A stretch of 64,000 bases of DNA from a virus, in IMG/VR virus record IMGVR_UViG_3300025168_000067, positions 1-64,000 of that record. One strand, written 5' to 3'. The notes beneath the pieces are model-generated. The model was not told the origin of the DNA and ran no database searches. It saw only the letters and a program-made list of their open reading frames with translations. Positions within the stretch are counted from its first letter, which is position 1. Every line of letters starts with the position of its first letter. Positions 16,072 to 26,758 of the stretch are shown here, in pieces. The position numbers and the translations under genes were made by a program.

Positions 16072-18702
16072 ATGGCAACGTTAGACGACATTAAAGCAGT
16101 TTTAGAGAAGATTCTGGCCAGAGATGCGTCTTCGTCCGCGGCCAAAGGCACTAGTAAGACCGGCAGCGCGCTAACCGACGAAGAGCGCCTCAAAGCGGCA
16201 GTAGAAAGACAAAACCTGGCCAGGGAAGAAGTAAAGAACTATGAGGAGCTTAACAAAAAGAAGATCTTGGGCGTCGAGAACGCCGAGAACGCCAGGATTC
16301 TAGCAGAGGCTAACTTAGAGTTAGAAAAATCCCAGCTTGCTCTTTTGAACGAAAGGATCAAGGGTCAGAGCAAGTTAAGCACCGAAGAAAAGAAACACTG
16401 GGAACTTGAAAAAAACAATTTAGAAAAAAGCATTAAACAGCGCGCCGCCAAAAAAAAGAACGATGCGCGCAAGGCCAACGAACGTAAAAAGGCGCTGAGC
16501 GATGGCAAAGTCTTTGCCTCTCAAGCCGCCAATATGGCAAAGAAAACAGCCAGTCTTGGAATGAATCAATCGGCCATCGGCCGGTCCATATCTAAGCAAG
16601 CCGGTGGAATGGTTAATATGGTTGGAAGTATGGGAAGCTTAGTTATGTCTGGGGTCTCCTTCGCCTCATCCTTGGCTGCAGCCGGCGTGGCGGCAGGGAC
16701 TATTGGTATTATTATCGGTGCAATTGTCCTTGCGCTGTTGCCCTTGGCGATCGGCGGCGCTATTCTGGGGGGCATGATTGCCATAACAAGCTATATGGTA
16801 TCCTTGGCAATAGAAGCCAGAGACGCAGCCGCCGCATTTACGATGCTGACAGGCGCAAGTATGGAGTTCGGAAAAGACGCTGTACAACTTAAAGCAGACC
16901 TGGCAGGAATAAATGCTAGTTATGATGAGACCAATAAATCCATGGCCGGCTTATACAAAGGTACCACAATATTCTCCCAAGCTAATTCCGGCACTCGCAA
17001 GGAGCTAGCTGGAATGGCCATTGTAATGGAGAGATGGGGAGTCTCCACCGCGACATACTCGAAAGGGGTGGAAGCAATGGTGACTTCTATGGGCATCGCT
17101 GATTCAGCCGCAGCAGACGAAATGTGGCGATTGAAAAAACATGCGGAGATAATAGGCCAAGCCCCCGAACAATACGTGAGCCTGTTTTCGGAAATGGGGG
17201 ATTCCTTGTCATTGTTTGACGACGCAATCGGAACATTTAAAGAGTTAGCCCGTGTCCAAAAGCTAACAGGCATGGAGATGCGCACCATCCTCGATCTTAC
17301 AAGAAAGTTTGATACGTTTGAGGGCGCCGCCACCATGGCTGGAAACTTGAACGCAGCCCTTGGTGGAAACTTTGTCAATGCGATGGATATGATGATGGAA
17401 ACCGATCCAGTCGCGAGATTTGAGATGATCAGAGATGCGATTAAAGGCACTGGCTTAGAGTTCGACACAATGGGATACCACCAGAAACAGTTTTATATGA
17501 AACAACTGGGATTCAGTAAAGTAAGCGATTTAGCTAAACTTATGAGAGGGGGAGATCTAAAGGGTCTTGCTGGTGATTATTCAAAAACTGCAGATGAATT
17601 AGAAGCTGCAGAAAAGGAAACAAAAAGATTTCAATCAACGATGAATGTGCTAAAGGGTATGTTAAATCAATTGCAGCCCGTTTTTGTTAAGCTTATTGAC
17701 CCGATTCAGAAATTTGTCGATTCCTTGACAGGTAAGGACGGCCCCTCAGATCTAATGATAGGGCTGAGAGATTCCATTGATTCGTTGGTAACCAAGTCAC
17801 TAATACCATTCATAAACGAACTGCCCAAGCTCATTGCTAGCTTCCAGACATGGACAACAGATAATAGTGAGCTTATCGATAGCTTTATAGAATTGATCCC
17901 TGTTGCCATAGAGGTTACAATGGCCATCACAAAGTTCTTCGCTCTTTTTGTTGGTGAAAAGGCCACCGCCGCCGGCGGCTGGTTTAGTCTTTTTTCCGGC
18001 GATGTCGAAGGCGCCGGCAAGAAGTTTAGGGGCGCCGCCAAGATAGCGGAAGAAGGTTCCACTATGTGGTCCAAATCCTTCGACTTTGTCACAGATCACG
18101 CGCTGTACTCAATCCCGATTTTAGGTCAAATGATCATGGTCTTCGACGGCGTAACTGGGGCAGTCAAAATGGCCGCCTCCGCATTCACCACTGAACACAG
18201 CTTGTCATTCAATCAATCATTAGAACATCAAAACAAAATGTTTGCAGCAATGCCAAACAGTATCGACGGCGCCACTAAAGCTATGGGCTCAATGACAAGT
18301 CCATTAGCAAAAAATACAAAAAGTATGAATCTCTTTGGTGATGCCACCAGCAGTGCCTTTGGTGGCGCAGTTAGTTCTATTGGAGAGCTAAAAGACGCTT
18401 TTGTTTCTGATATGGCGACAATGGAAGCTTCATCTGAAACCCCTCTAATGATGCGCGCCACAGCAGCAGTAGCCAAGCATGTAGTTGAATCCACCTCCTC
18501 GGGCGTACGCAACGCCGGCGCCGCCCTGAACCGCGCTACAGCTGGTATATCGCAAACACCAACAACTTCACCTGGCTCCGCCGCGCAACAATCACCAATG
18601 GTAAAACAGCCGATAGAGGTGGTGTTACGCACAGAAGAGGGCGTCCTGGCCAAACAGATAATAAACGTGATCGGTAGAGAGATTCAAGCAGTTGTCTCAT
18701 AA
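16072..18702 (+). CDS. Tape measure protein
   Basis: Long helical Ala/Met-rich protein with a hydrophobic segment; follows the chaperone genes; late motif at 16042. Confidence 0.85.
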   Translation: MATLDDIKAVLEKILARDASSSAAKGTSKTGSALTDEERLKAAVERQNLAREEVKNYEELNKKKILGVENAENARILAEANLELEKSQLALLNERIKGQSKLSTEEKKHWELEKNNLEKSIKQRAAKKKNDARKANERKKALSDGKVFASQAANMAKKTASLGMNQSAIGRSISKQAGGMVNMVGSMGSLVMSGVSFASSLAAAGVAAGTIGIIIGAIVLALLPLAIGGAILGGMIAITSYMVSLAIEARDAAAAFTMLTGASMEFGKDAVQLKADLAGINASYDETNKSMAGLYKGTTIFSQANSGTRKELAGMAIVMERWGVSTATYSKGVEAMVTSMGIADSAAADEMWRLKKHAEIIGQAPEQYVSLFSEMGDSLSLFDDAIGTFKELARVQKLTGMEMRTILDLTRKFDTFEGAATMAGNLNAALGGNFVNAMDMMMETDPVARFEMIRDAIKGTGLEFDTMGYHQKQFYMKQLGFSKVSDLAKLMRGGDLKGLAGDYSKTADELEAAEKETKRFQSTMNVLKGMLNQLQPVFVKLIDPIQKFVDSLTGKDGPSDLMIGLRDSIDSLVTKSLIPFINELPKLIASFQTWTTDNSELIDSFIELIPVAIEVTMAITKFFALFVGEKATAAGGWFSLFSGDVEGAGKKFRGAAKIAEEGSTMWSKSFDFVTDHALYSIPILGQMIMVFDGVTGAVKMAASAFTTEHSLSFNQSLEHQNKMFAAMPNSIDGATKAMGSMTSPLAKNTKSMNLFGDATSSAFGGAVSSIGELKDAFVSDMATMEASSETPLMMRATAAVAKHVVESTSSGVRNAGAALNRATAGISQTPTTSPGSAAQQSPMVKQPIEVVLRTEEGVLAKQIINVIGREIQAVVS

Positions 18703-18722
18703 TTTAAAAGGAAAAACAAGAA

Positions 18723-19850
18723 ATGGCAAGTAATTTTGACTCAGAAGACTCTCCAACAAGGAGATTTAATGTTGAGAAATATAGCGAAGAAGCCGCCGGC
18801 GGCCAACTGCGCGCCCCTATCGCTCCATATATCGACGCTCCTGATTCTCTGGCTAATCAAAGACAAATGGTTGTGTCATTCAGACACGAATCATCTGGAA
18901 AAGAGGTGTATTTTAAGGCGTTTATCACCGCACTTAACGAAACATATAACTCAGAATGGACCAGAGAAAAGGTTTTCGGCCGCGTTGATCCAATACAATT
19001 GTTCAGATCAACTGAAAGACAGATAACGTTAGCTCTGAAAGTCCCAGCCGCATCGATGAGTGAGGCTTATGAGAACTTAGGGAGGATACAGCTATTAACT
19101 CAGTTCTTATATCCGACATATATGGAGGACGGATCGGCCGCACAGCTAATAGCACAAGCGCCCTTGGTGAGATTGAAGGTTATGAATTTAATAAAAACAA
19201 ACAAAGCGGACGAAACGGCATCGGGCGTTGAAGGCCGAAAGTCGTTTAAAAACTATAAATCAGATTTAACTGCCACAAATGGTCTCTTGGGATCGATTGG
19301 GAACCTTCACGTAAATCATAACTTAGAGTCCAATGAAGGAATCGTTATTGAGAAAGGTGTTAATACTATACTACCGACATTTATAGATATTAACCTTTCC
19401 TTCTCTCCAATTCACGAACACCCGATAGGGTGGAACGAGAAGGGTGAAGCACTCTCGGCAACATTTCCATACGGAGTTGATCTACATACGGAAGAACACA
19501 ATATAGATGTTGAAGATGCATATGGCCTCGCGCACTCAAAAATTGATGGAGAAGACGTTCGCGGAACAGTCGAAAGCCAAGAAGCACTTGAGGAGTTCGT
19601 CGCCATGAATGAGCTAATGAAAGAAGAGTTTGCAGATCGCGACGTTGCACAACAAGCTCTTGATAACTCAGCCGCGCGATATAGTGGATGGTTTAGTGAT
19701 TCAAGGTTCGATAAAGATTTACAAGCAGTTAAAGATGGCACTGCTAGCGACTACCAGCGTAGCTCGGTTGCAGGTGAGACAAATCGCCGGCACAGCAGAA
19801 AGGGCAAGTACAGTGAGTCGGTCAGATATATTTACGATCTAGAATACTAA
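18723..19850 (+). CDS. Baseplate/tail tube initiator protein (gp48/gp54-like)
   Basis: Motifs FKAFIT..ETYNSEW..VFGRVDP, LYPTY, APLVRL; follows the tape measure gene. Confidence 0.7.
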   Translation: MASNFDSEDSPTRRFNVEKYSEEAAGGQLRAPIAPYIDAPDSLANQRQMVVSFRHESSGKEVYFKAFITALNETYNSEWTREKVFGRVDPIQLFRSTERQITLALKVPAASMSEAYENLGRIQLLTQFLYPTYMEDGSAAQLIAQAPLVRLKVMNLIKTNKADETASGVEGRKSFKNYKSDLTATNGLLGSIGNLHVNHNLESNEGIVIEKGVNTILPTFIDINLSFSPIHEHPIGWNEKGEALSATFPYGVDLHTEEHNIDVEDAYGLAHSKIDGEDVRGTVESQEALEEFVAMNELMKEEFADRDVAQQALDNSAARYSGWFSDSRFDKDLQAVKDGTASDYQRSSVAGETNRRHSRKGKYSESVRYIYDLEY

Positions 19851-19866
19851 AGGAACGAAATCAACA

Positions 19867-20205
19867 ATGCCGAGATATAAAAACACATCTAAATTAGCCA
19901 ACGACACAGATTATTATGACTTCTTAATGAAGAAAAGAAACATTAAGAGAGTGATCCAATATGAAACGCCGATCCTTTACAACCCAGATGTTATAGATCG
20001 CACTTTACTAAAAACTACACCACATATATGGAAATACGGCGATAGATACTATAATCTGGCATCACAGTATTATGGAAGTGTGACGTATTGGTGGGTTATA
20101 GCGTGGTATAACGGCATGCCAACCGAGGCCCATCTGCGCCCAGGCGACGTGATCGAGATTCCAATAAATATAGAGAATGCATTGAAGACGCTAGGGGTAA
20201 TTTAG
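19867..20205 (+). CDS. LysM-like baseplate wedge protein (gp53-like)
   Basis: GDRYYNLASQYYG..YWWVIAWYN..PGDVIEIP. Confidence 0.85.
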   Translation: MPRYKNTSKLANDTDYYDFLMKKRNIKRVIQYETPILYNPDVIDRTLLKTTPHIWKYGDRYYNLASQYYGSVTYWWVIAWYNGMPTEAHLRPGDVIEIPINIENALKTLGVI

Positions 20206-20206
20206 A

Positions 20207-23200
20207 ATGGGCTCAAGAGAGGTAGACCCCTTATGGTCCGACATCGACGAAAAATTCAAACCGGGATCAAATTTTCGAAAGAGTCTTGCCGAGACATGGT
20301 GGGACGAAACACTGGCCAAGGTGGCTAGTCAAGTGTCTAATCCTGAGCCCGGCGGTGGAAAAGCCACCGCCCAGCAAATCAATGATTTGTATATCGGGAC
20401 CACCGGCGCCGGAGCACAGCGCGGCGCCTACACGCATATGTATGGCCGATATCATGCAATCTTAGGCGATGGTGCCGTCAGCAATCTGGATCCAGGTGTT
20501 ACTTATCAAGTTTGGGATACCGCGACCCTTAAAGCAAAATTCCCCCCCGGTGGTACGGGGATGGACAACTTAGTTGAGAACAGTTCCGGCAGGCTTATGG
20601 CGTTTGTCGCCCTCCAACGCCACACCGCCAGCCCCGGCGCGGCCGGAACCAGCCCCACCCGCCCCCAGGCCGAGGTGGATGCAGAGGCTGCTAGATTTAA
20701 GAAAGCCATGGACATGTTCGCGACGTCTGGGTCATCAGTCCCCATCGCCGGAGCCTCCGGTACTTCGGTCGCCGACTTCAAAGAACAGTGTTTTATGTTG
20801 GCGCATATATTTAAATTTGTAGATTATAAAATGAACAATGTTGAGCTTGTAGAGAGAAAAAGATTGCCATATAGCACCGGTGGTGGTTCTTCTTCCGATG
20901 GAAAAGTAAAAAATGCCTGCCTGATGATAGATAGTGAGCCATATGGGTTCATGAATAAATTGACACAATATAGCTCACAATCGACTCTCTTAAATTTGCA
21001 AACGAGTGAAGTTTCCTCGCTTGTTCCACAAATCAGATTGTTCAAAGTATATGAAAACGATAAAGGCGAGGAAATAAGTCAAGAATTCCACTTTGACTCT
21101 GCCCCAACTAAAAATTCAATTGAGTTTGCACTAGCAGACAGAAGGAAGCGCGGCGTAGGGGCAGGAATCAGCGATTTCACATTTTCATATGAGGGCACAA
21201 ATCCATTTGGAGTAAAGAAGAGTATTAAGGCCAGTTTAACCCTGTTCGCTGCCAGCTTTGACGAATTGTTCCGACCACGGAACAATCTTCAAGATAAACT
21301 ATATCGGTATGTTGATTTAGCATTGAAAACAGGAGGTCCAAATTTAGCTAACAAGCTTGATGCCACGAAGGGAACAGTAGAATATGAAAATCTGACAAGA
21401 TTAAACTTCAGGATAAAAGCAGTCGTGGGATGGCAAACCCCCAAGGGAAAAACTGGTGCTGCAAGTTCTGATTTAACAAAAGCAGTAAATAACTCATTTG
21501 TGACACTAAACTTAACCCCAACGATACATAAGTTTGATATTGCAGATGATGGTTCGGTTAGATTTAACGTACAATATCTGGCTTATATAGAGAGCCACTT
21601 TGACAATAAAATGTTTAGTGTGTTTGGGACTGAATCATCTTTCAAAAACTCTTTAATTAGAAAGCTTACTGAATCCTCCTTGAGTCAGAACTGCCAGCCA
21701 AAAGAAATGGCGGCAATAAAAGACAAATTTCAAAAAAAGGCTAAAGATGATATTCGCAATATCGCGTCTTCGATTATTACCTCACTAACAAAAAAGAGAT
21801 TACTCAGATATGTTAATATACCATATTCAAAACTGAGATCTCTTAATATGGAAGGTCCATACTCAGATTTTGGTAAAGATTTTAATACGAAGGCAACAGC
21901 ACCGTCTCCGGCCATTAAGAAAAAAATCGATGGACTATTGAGCACTGGTAAAGCTCTAAGTACGAGAGACCGTGCCGCGGCCCTAAATAGAGGTGCATTT
22001 TCTACCAGACCCTCCAAGGGTGGCCGCGCAGGTAAGTATTCTTGTGCATTTTTTTATGTTAGTGATCTAATAGATACAATTATAGAGGGAATAGACGATC
22101 GCCTCGAATCTGCCGACTCGATTTTGAGCGAGATTGAAAAAGATACAGGTTTGATGAAGCTTATAAATGCCGAATTACTTCATGAAGAAAAGTTAGCATA
22201 TATAAACCAAAAGAACGCATTTAAAAAAATGAGAGTCCTCTTGGGACCATTAGAGATAGTGAATCAACAAGATCCCACAGTTAGTAAATTTATAAATATG
22301 GGAGATATTCCGGTTTCAGTTAAATATTTTACGGAATGGCTAGCCAGAAACACTATGAATCGCGCGACAGTGGTGTATCCTCTACCAAGATTTTTAGATC
22401 AGTTTTTCAAAAGTTTCGTGGGCACTTTTTTAAACGACGACACTTGCTTCGAGGGGGCGGTCAAACAAAGAACGTTGCTGACACAGGCCGTTGTAACATC
22501 ATACAAGAAAAAACCATCAGATGATAGCGATGTTATAACAACAGCCATCGATAAGATGCGTACAGCACTAGAATCAACGATTTTGTCGCGTCTGCCGGTC
22601 AGCAAATGGCCGGCATATACAGGAAACCCAAGTGATCCGTGGCCGATATTAAATATATCAGGGGTTAGCAATACTCCGATTAGTGATGCCGGCGCAGAAA
22701 GTGAAATTAATTATCTTACATATTTTGCAGGCCGAGCCAACCCAGCCGAAAAACAAAATGGCGACTACGGCGAGGATAAAGAGAATGGCATCCACCACTA
22801 TGCAATTGGGAAGGATCGGGGGATAGTCAAAAAAATCAGGATGACCGCAACTAATATACCCTTCTTAAAGGAGGTAAGGTTCGCACAAGAGGGATATAAT
22901 GGTTTAGAACAACTGAGAGAAGTGTATGATGTCAATATCGATTCTTATGCAAACGTTGGTGTATTTCCGGGGACGTATATCTATGTTGATCCCCGCGGCT
23001 GGTCCCCCACCACAGAAGTTGCGAATGAAAAAGAACTGAAACAAATGCATAAGGCCGGCCAGATCACCGCCGCGACCCTAACATCAATTCTAGAAAATGA
23101 TTTAACTAGATTTGGGATAGGAGGGTATTATATGGTGAAACGCTCAGAGCATAGCTTCGGCCCCGGTAAAGCTAATACTGTGATCCAGGCTCAGTGGGTT

Positions 23201-23413
23201 ATGTCGACGAACGACAATAGCGGCGATAGTTCTAAACCTGCGTCGGTCAGCAAGCCATCAAAAAGCAAGTGCCAAGTCAAAGGATCTAGCAACAATACCG
23301 TCGCCTCAGAATCAACGCGCTCAGCCGAAATAACAAGTTATGTAGAGTCAGTTGAGTCAGTTGCAACGACCAAGTCATGGGCCGCTGCCGGCGCAATAGA
23401 CTCGCCGGCGTAG
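20207..23413 (+). CDS. Large baseplate hub protein (gp27/VgrG-like position)
   Basis: Follows the LysM gene; C-terminal FPGTYIYV and GGYYMV..EHSF are typical of hub proteins. Confidence 0.6.
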   Translation: MGSREVDPLWSDIDEKFKPGSNFRKSLAETWWDETLAKVASQVSNPEPGGGKATAQQINDLYIGTTGAGAQRGAYTHMYGRYHAILGDGAVSNLDPGVTYQVWDTATLKAKFPPGGTGMDNLVENSSGRLMAFVALQRHTASPGAAGTSPTRPQAEVDAEAARFKKAMDMFATSGSSVPIAGASGTSVADFKEQCFMLAHIFKFVDYKMNNVELVERKRLPYSTGGGSSSDGKVKNACLMIDSEPYGFMNKLTQYSSQSTLLNLQTSEVSSLVPQIRLFKVYENDKGEEISQEFHFDSAPTKNSIEFALADRRKRGVGAGISDFTFSYEGTNPFGVKKSIKASLTLFAASFDELFRPRNNLQDKLYRYVDLALKTGGPNLANKLDATKGTVEYENLTRLNFRIKAVVGWQTPKGKTGAASSDLTKAVNNSFVTLNLTPTIHKFDIADDGSVRFNVQYLAYIESHFDNKMFSVFGTESSFKNSLIRKLTESSLSQNCQPKEMAAIKDKFQKKAKDDIRNIASSIITSLTKKRLLRYVNIPYSKLRSLNMEGPYSDFGKDFNTKATAPSPAIKKKIDGLLSTGKALSTRDRAAALNRGAFSTRPSKGGRAGKYSCAFFYVSDLIDTIIEGIDDRLESADSILSEIEKDTGLMKLINAELLHEEKLAYINQKNAFKKMRVLLGPLEIVNQQDPTVSKFINMGDIPVSVKYFTEWLARNTMNRATVVYPLPRFLDQFFKSFVGTFLNDDTCFEGAVKQRTLLTQAVVTSYKKKPSDDSDVITTAIDKMRTALESTILSRLPVSKWPAYTGNPSDPWPILNISGVSNTPISDAGAESEINYLTYFAGRANPAEKQNGDYGEDKENGIHHYAIGKDRGIVKKIRMTATNIPFLKEVRFAQEGYNGLEQLREVYDVNIDSYANVGVFPGTYIYVDPRGWSPTTEVANEKELKQMHKAGQITAATLTSILENDLTRFGIGGYYMVKRSEHSFGPGKANTVIQAQWVMSTNDNSGDSSKPASVSKPSKSKCQVKGSSNNTVASESTRSAEITSYVESVESVATTKSWAAAGAIDSPA

Positions 23414-23459
23414 AGCGATATAGATTTATAAGCGATAGCCAACGCTTAAAAGGAAAAAT

Positions 23460-24650
23460 ATGTCAATAGGTTTTATAGAAAGCAACGAAGAAACAAGCAG
23501 AAAATTGTTTTATAAAAAGATGGTATATTTATCTACCTTAGATTCTTTTAAATACACAAATTTAATGGATTTCGAATTTGCAGAAAAGAGAATGTACGGC
23601 AGAGTTAATCGACACTTTGAACCAATAATCATATCTGGAGATGTGGAACTAAGAAGTCTTGCATCAGCTGCAGATTCCCGGTCGCCTTTATCGGCACTAA
23701 ACTTTGTGGTGGATGCATTTGAAAAACTATCCCAACAATTCGATAAATGTGCCCTATCGGGCAAAATAAACACATCGGACACACACTTATCCAAACTAAA
23801 AGCCCATAAAGCATATCAGAGCCCCAGAAAACTGTATAAAGACCATATCTTGGAGATCAACAGGAGCTTGTCTGAGAATATCAAACATGCATCGCCGCCG
23901 GCTATGAATTTTGATGAATTTATTTTGAAGCTGCTACCCATGCTGGAGACTATATGTAAAGTTGAACCCTTCACTTTCCCCGGCTTTGTTAAAAGTCGTG
24001 TTTGCCCGATTAATGCATCCGGCTTGGCTATCGAGATTGCTGACTTAAAGCCAGATAACGATCTAGAAAAAATAAAACAATTTGTGGCTAGCCCAAACTG
24101 GGAGTTTTATCTAAATGCGTGTAATTCATATGGGTTCATGGTTGATATGCACATGCCATGGCGAATTGTAGCAGATCTTGCCGGCCCATCAACGTTAGAA
24201 TATTCTTCTGTGTATGGCCTGCCCACAACCGACCACATTTTAAATGTTGCATATAAGAAGGCTCATAAAAACTATCTTAGTGTGTTTAAAGATTTGATGT
24301 TTCGGGTTTATAGTGAGTCTATGGAAGATAGGGCATATATAGCCCACCACTGTAGCGAAGGGAAAGTGTCGCCAACAACAATATTTCCTGTTAAATATAC
24401 ACTGGATAAATTTCTTAGAAAATATGATGATTTATATTTTTTGGAGTTATACTGCAATATTAGATTTTATGAAGAAGAATCAAGATTTACCGATGGTGAG
24501 AAGCTCCGTCTGATCAACGAGTGTCTCGATATCGCACGGCTTGATTTGAACATGGCTTTAGACTCTTTCGAAAGAATTATCAACAAAACACTTGACTATC
24601 GAGGCGCAATCAACTATATTATTAGAAGACGAGAAATCCTGGCGGACTAA
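23460..24650 (+). CDS. Hypothetical protein, possibly baseplate-associated
   Basis: 396-aa ORF with RBS AAGGA; no motif recognised. Confidence 0.6.
   Translation: MSIGFIESNEETSRKLFYKKMVYLSTLDSFKYTNLMDFEFAEKRMYGRVNRHFEPIIISGDVELRSLASAADSRSPLSALNFVVDAFEKLSQQFDKCALSGKINTSDTHLSKLKAHKAYQSPRKLYKDHILEINRSLSENIKHASPPAMNFDEFILKLLPMLETICKVEPFTFPGFVKSRVCPINASGLAIEIADLKPDNDLEKIKQFVASPNWEFYLNACNSYGFMVDMHMPWRIVADLAGPSTLEYSSVYGLPTTDHILNVAYKKAHKNYLSVFKDLMFRVYSESMEDRAYIAHHCSEGKVSPTTIFPVKYTLDKFLRKYDDLYFLELYCNIRFYEEESRFTDGEKLRLINECLDIARLDLNMALDSFERIINKTLDYRGAINYIIRRREILAD
24592..24620 (+). promoter_or_regulatory. sigma70-type promoter
   Basis: TTGACT-N17-TATATT upstream of the PolA-like gene. Confidence 0.7.
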
Positions 24651-25834
24651 TGTATTTTCAAACACTTGACGACAAGCAAGAATGCGTTGGCGTATATGCC
24701 GACGGAAACCTACACTTTGACGACATTCCCACCAATCTAACCCGAACGTGGCGACCCTCTGCCGACTACGGCGCCGATGTAGAATATGCGTGGATCTATG
24801 CCCAAGGCGAGACTATCGCGGAGGCATGCCCAGAATCTATAAAAGAGGAATGGTCGAAAATATCAAGGAGGCTGCAGGCGTATAAGAAGTCATTTGAGAT
24901 TGGAAAGATAGATTTACGGGAACACTGCTTTTTCGACTTGGTACCACGCGATGCTCTGTCTCGCCTATGCGACGTCAAAAACAGAATCACAGAACATATT
25001 TTTGAGAACACCGAGAAACCCAAAAACTATGATTATCTGGTTGGGGCAGAAAAGCTGCTGTACAAGATAAGGTACCAGGATCTAAAATTAGACAGTTCAG
25101 ACTGTCGCAGCCTATTCACAAGCACAAATTTACGCAATGCCTCAAAGAAGATAATGTCCGGTGCTCGCTATATTAATTATAACCTCTTTGGTACCGTTAC
25201 AGGACGCCTTACGACACAATGTGGGTCTTTCCCTATCTTAACTATGAAAAAGGAACTGAGACGCCTTATAAAGCCACATAATGACTGGTTTATATCCATG
25301 GACTATAACGGTGCGGAGGCCCGCACCGTGCTGGCGCTTTCTGAACAACATCAGCCCGAAGACGACATTCATAATTGGAATATCGTTAATGTTTTTAAAA
25401 ACCCAGACATGCACAGGGAAGAGGCAAAAACTATGTTTTTCGCGTGGCTATATAACCCAGATTCACCAGATCTAAAAACTAATCACTATGATCGCAAAAA
25501 AGTACTTGACAGATACTATGACGGTGAATATATTACTACTGTATTCGGACGCAATATCAAAGTCAGCGATTGGAAGGCGCTGAATTACCTAATTCAAAGC
25601 ACCACCGCAGACCTTGTGATCGAGAGAGCAATAGAAATCGACAAAATGTTGGAGGGCAAAAAAACGTTTATCTCACATATTGTACATGATGAGATAGTCA
25701 TTGATTTTGCTGATGAAGATAGAGATATGATTAAAGAAATTAAAGAAGCGTTCGCTATAAATCGACTCGGAAGGTTCGAGGTGAATCTAAAGGCCGGCCA
25801 GAATTATTACGATTTGGATAATTTGGTTCTATGA
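24650..25834 (+). CDS. Minimal family A DNA polymerase-like protein
   Basis: TGRL, motif A DYNGAEAR, motif B REEAKTMFFAWLY, NYLIQSTTAD, motif C VHDE; no recognisable exonuclease motifs. Confidence 0.85.
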   Translation: MYFQTLDDKQECVGVYADGNLHFDDIPTNLTRTWRPSADYGADVEYAWIYAQGETIAEACPESIKEEWSKISRRLQAYKKSFEIGKIDLREHCFFDLVPRDALSRLCDVKNRITEHIFENTEKPKNYDYLVGAEKLLYKIRYQDLKLDSSDCRSLFTSTNLRNASKKIMSGARYINYNLFGTVTGRLTTQCGSFPILTMKKELRRLIKPHNDWFISMDYNGAEARTVLALSEQHQPEDDIHNWNIVNVFKNPDMHREEAKTMFFAWLYNPDSPDLKTNHYDRKKVLDRYYDGEYITTVFGRNIKVSDWKALNYLIQSTTADLVIERAIEIDKMLEGKKTFISHIVHDEIVIDFADEDRDMIKEIKEAFAINRLGRFEVNLKAGQNYYDLDNLVL

Positions 25835-26691
25835 TCTCAATTGTAGGAATAGGTACGGGCGCCTCTGCTATTGCTCGCAAGTTTAGCGATATCACTCAAT
25901 ACGATGTATATGAGTTGAGTAACACGGTTAAGAAGAATAGTAAAAGAAAGCAGAAACTAAAGAAGTTTGAAACCCCAGAAGAATACGAAAAGAGTGTCCC
26001 AGATCTGAAGACCTTCTTTAAGGAACTCAAAGATACAGTTCAGGTGTTTATTGTTGGTACAACATATAGTTCCAACTATTCTCTTGGGATCCTAGAGCAA
26101 ATGAGTCACAAGAAGCTTGAGGTGTTTTATGTGAAGCCTGATATCGAACTTGTAAGTGGCGAAAGGAGCCTCATTGAAAATACAACATTTGGCGTTCTCC
26201 AAGAATATGCGCGTTCGGGACTTTTTGACTCCTTTACAGTGTTTTCTAATTTAGAGATCGAGAGAACCCTGGGTGATGTCCCAATCAAATCATATTATGA
26301 TACCATCAACACCGCCATTTTCTCGGCAGTTCATTATCTCAACTATTTTACTCACTCAGAGCCGGAAATCGGCCAAGTCGCCAAGCCCTCAGAAATAAAC
26401 AGAATTCGCAGCATGGCCGTGCTTAATCCAAAGAATCTTCAAGAAAACTGGCTTTTTCAGCTTGACACCGAGCGTGAATTGTGTTATTATATATGTGTAA
26501 ATGAGGAAAGGTTGGCGACAGAAGGGTCGCTACATAGGAAATTAGTGAGCATTTTAAAAGAGAAGCCAACAAACGCATTTCGTAAGATCTCATACGCGAT
26601 CTATGAAACTCCACACGATGATTTTGGGTACGTCGTGGCCCACACAAACACGATACAAAAACAACAAAAAACTCTTGACATAGTAGATTAA
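25831..26691 (+). CDS. Divergent tubulin/FtsZ-family protein
   Basis: N-terminal IVGIGTGASAIA, later FDSFTVFSN and YDTINTAI match the FtsZ layout; the GGGTGSG loop is absent. Confidence 0.6.
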   Translation: MISIVGIGTGASAIARKFSDITQYDVYELSNTVKKNSKRKQKLKKFETPEEYEKSVPDLKTFFKELKDTVQVFIVGTTYSSNYSLGILEQMSHKKLEVFYVKPDIELVSGERSLIENTTFGVLQEYARSGLFDSFTVFSNLEIERTLGDVPIKSYYDTINTAIFSAVHYLNYFTHSEPEIGQVAKPSEINRIRSMAVLNPKNLQENWLFQLDTERELCYYICVNEERLATEGSLHRKLVSILKEKPTNAFRKISYAIYETPHDDFGYVVAHTNTIQKQQKTLDIVD

Positions 26692-26703
26692 GAGTGTTAC
26701 ATT
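26675..26703 (+). promoter_or_regulatory. sigma70-type promoter of the SSB gene
   Basis: TTGACA-N17-TACATT with an extended -10 TG. Confidence 0.75.
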
Positions 26704-26758
26704 AGGTGCTGAGGAGCCGCTCAGCACACTATACCATAAACAACAAAGGAGACAATAA

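Noticed and set aside
25831-26691. Evidence for a phage nucleus
   Set aside because: A tubulin-like gene alone is insufficient; no chimallin or multisubunit RNAP genes were recognised, and host-type promoters are used.
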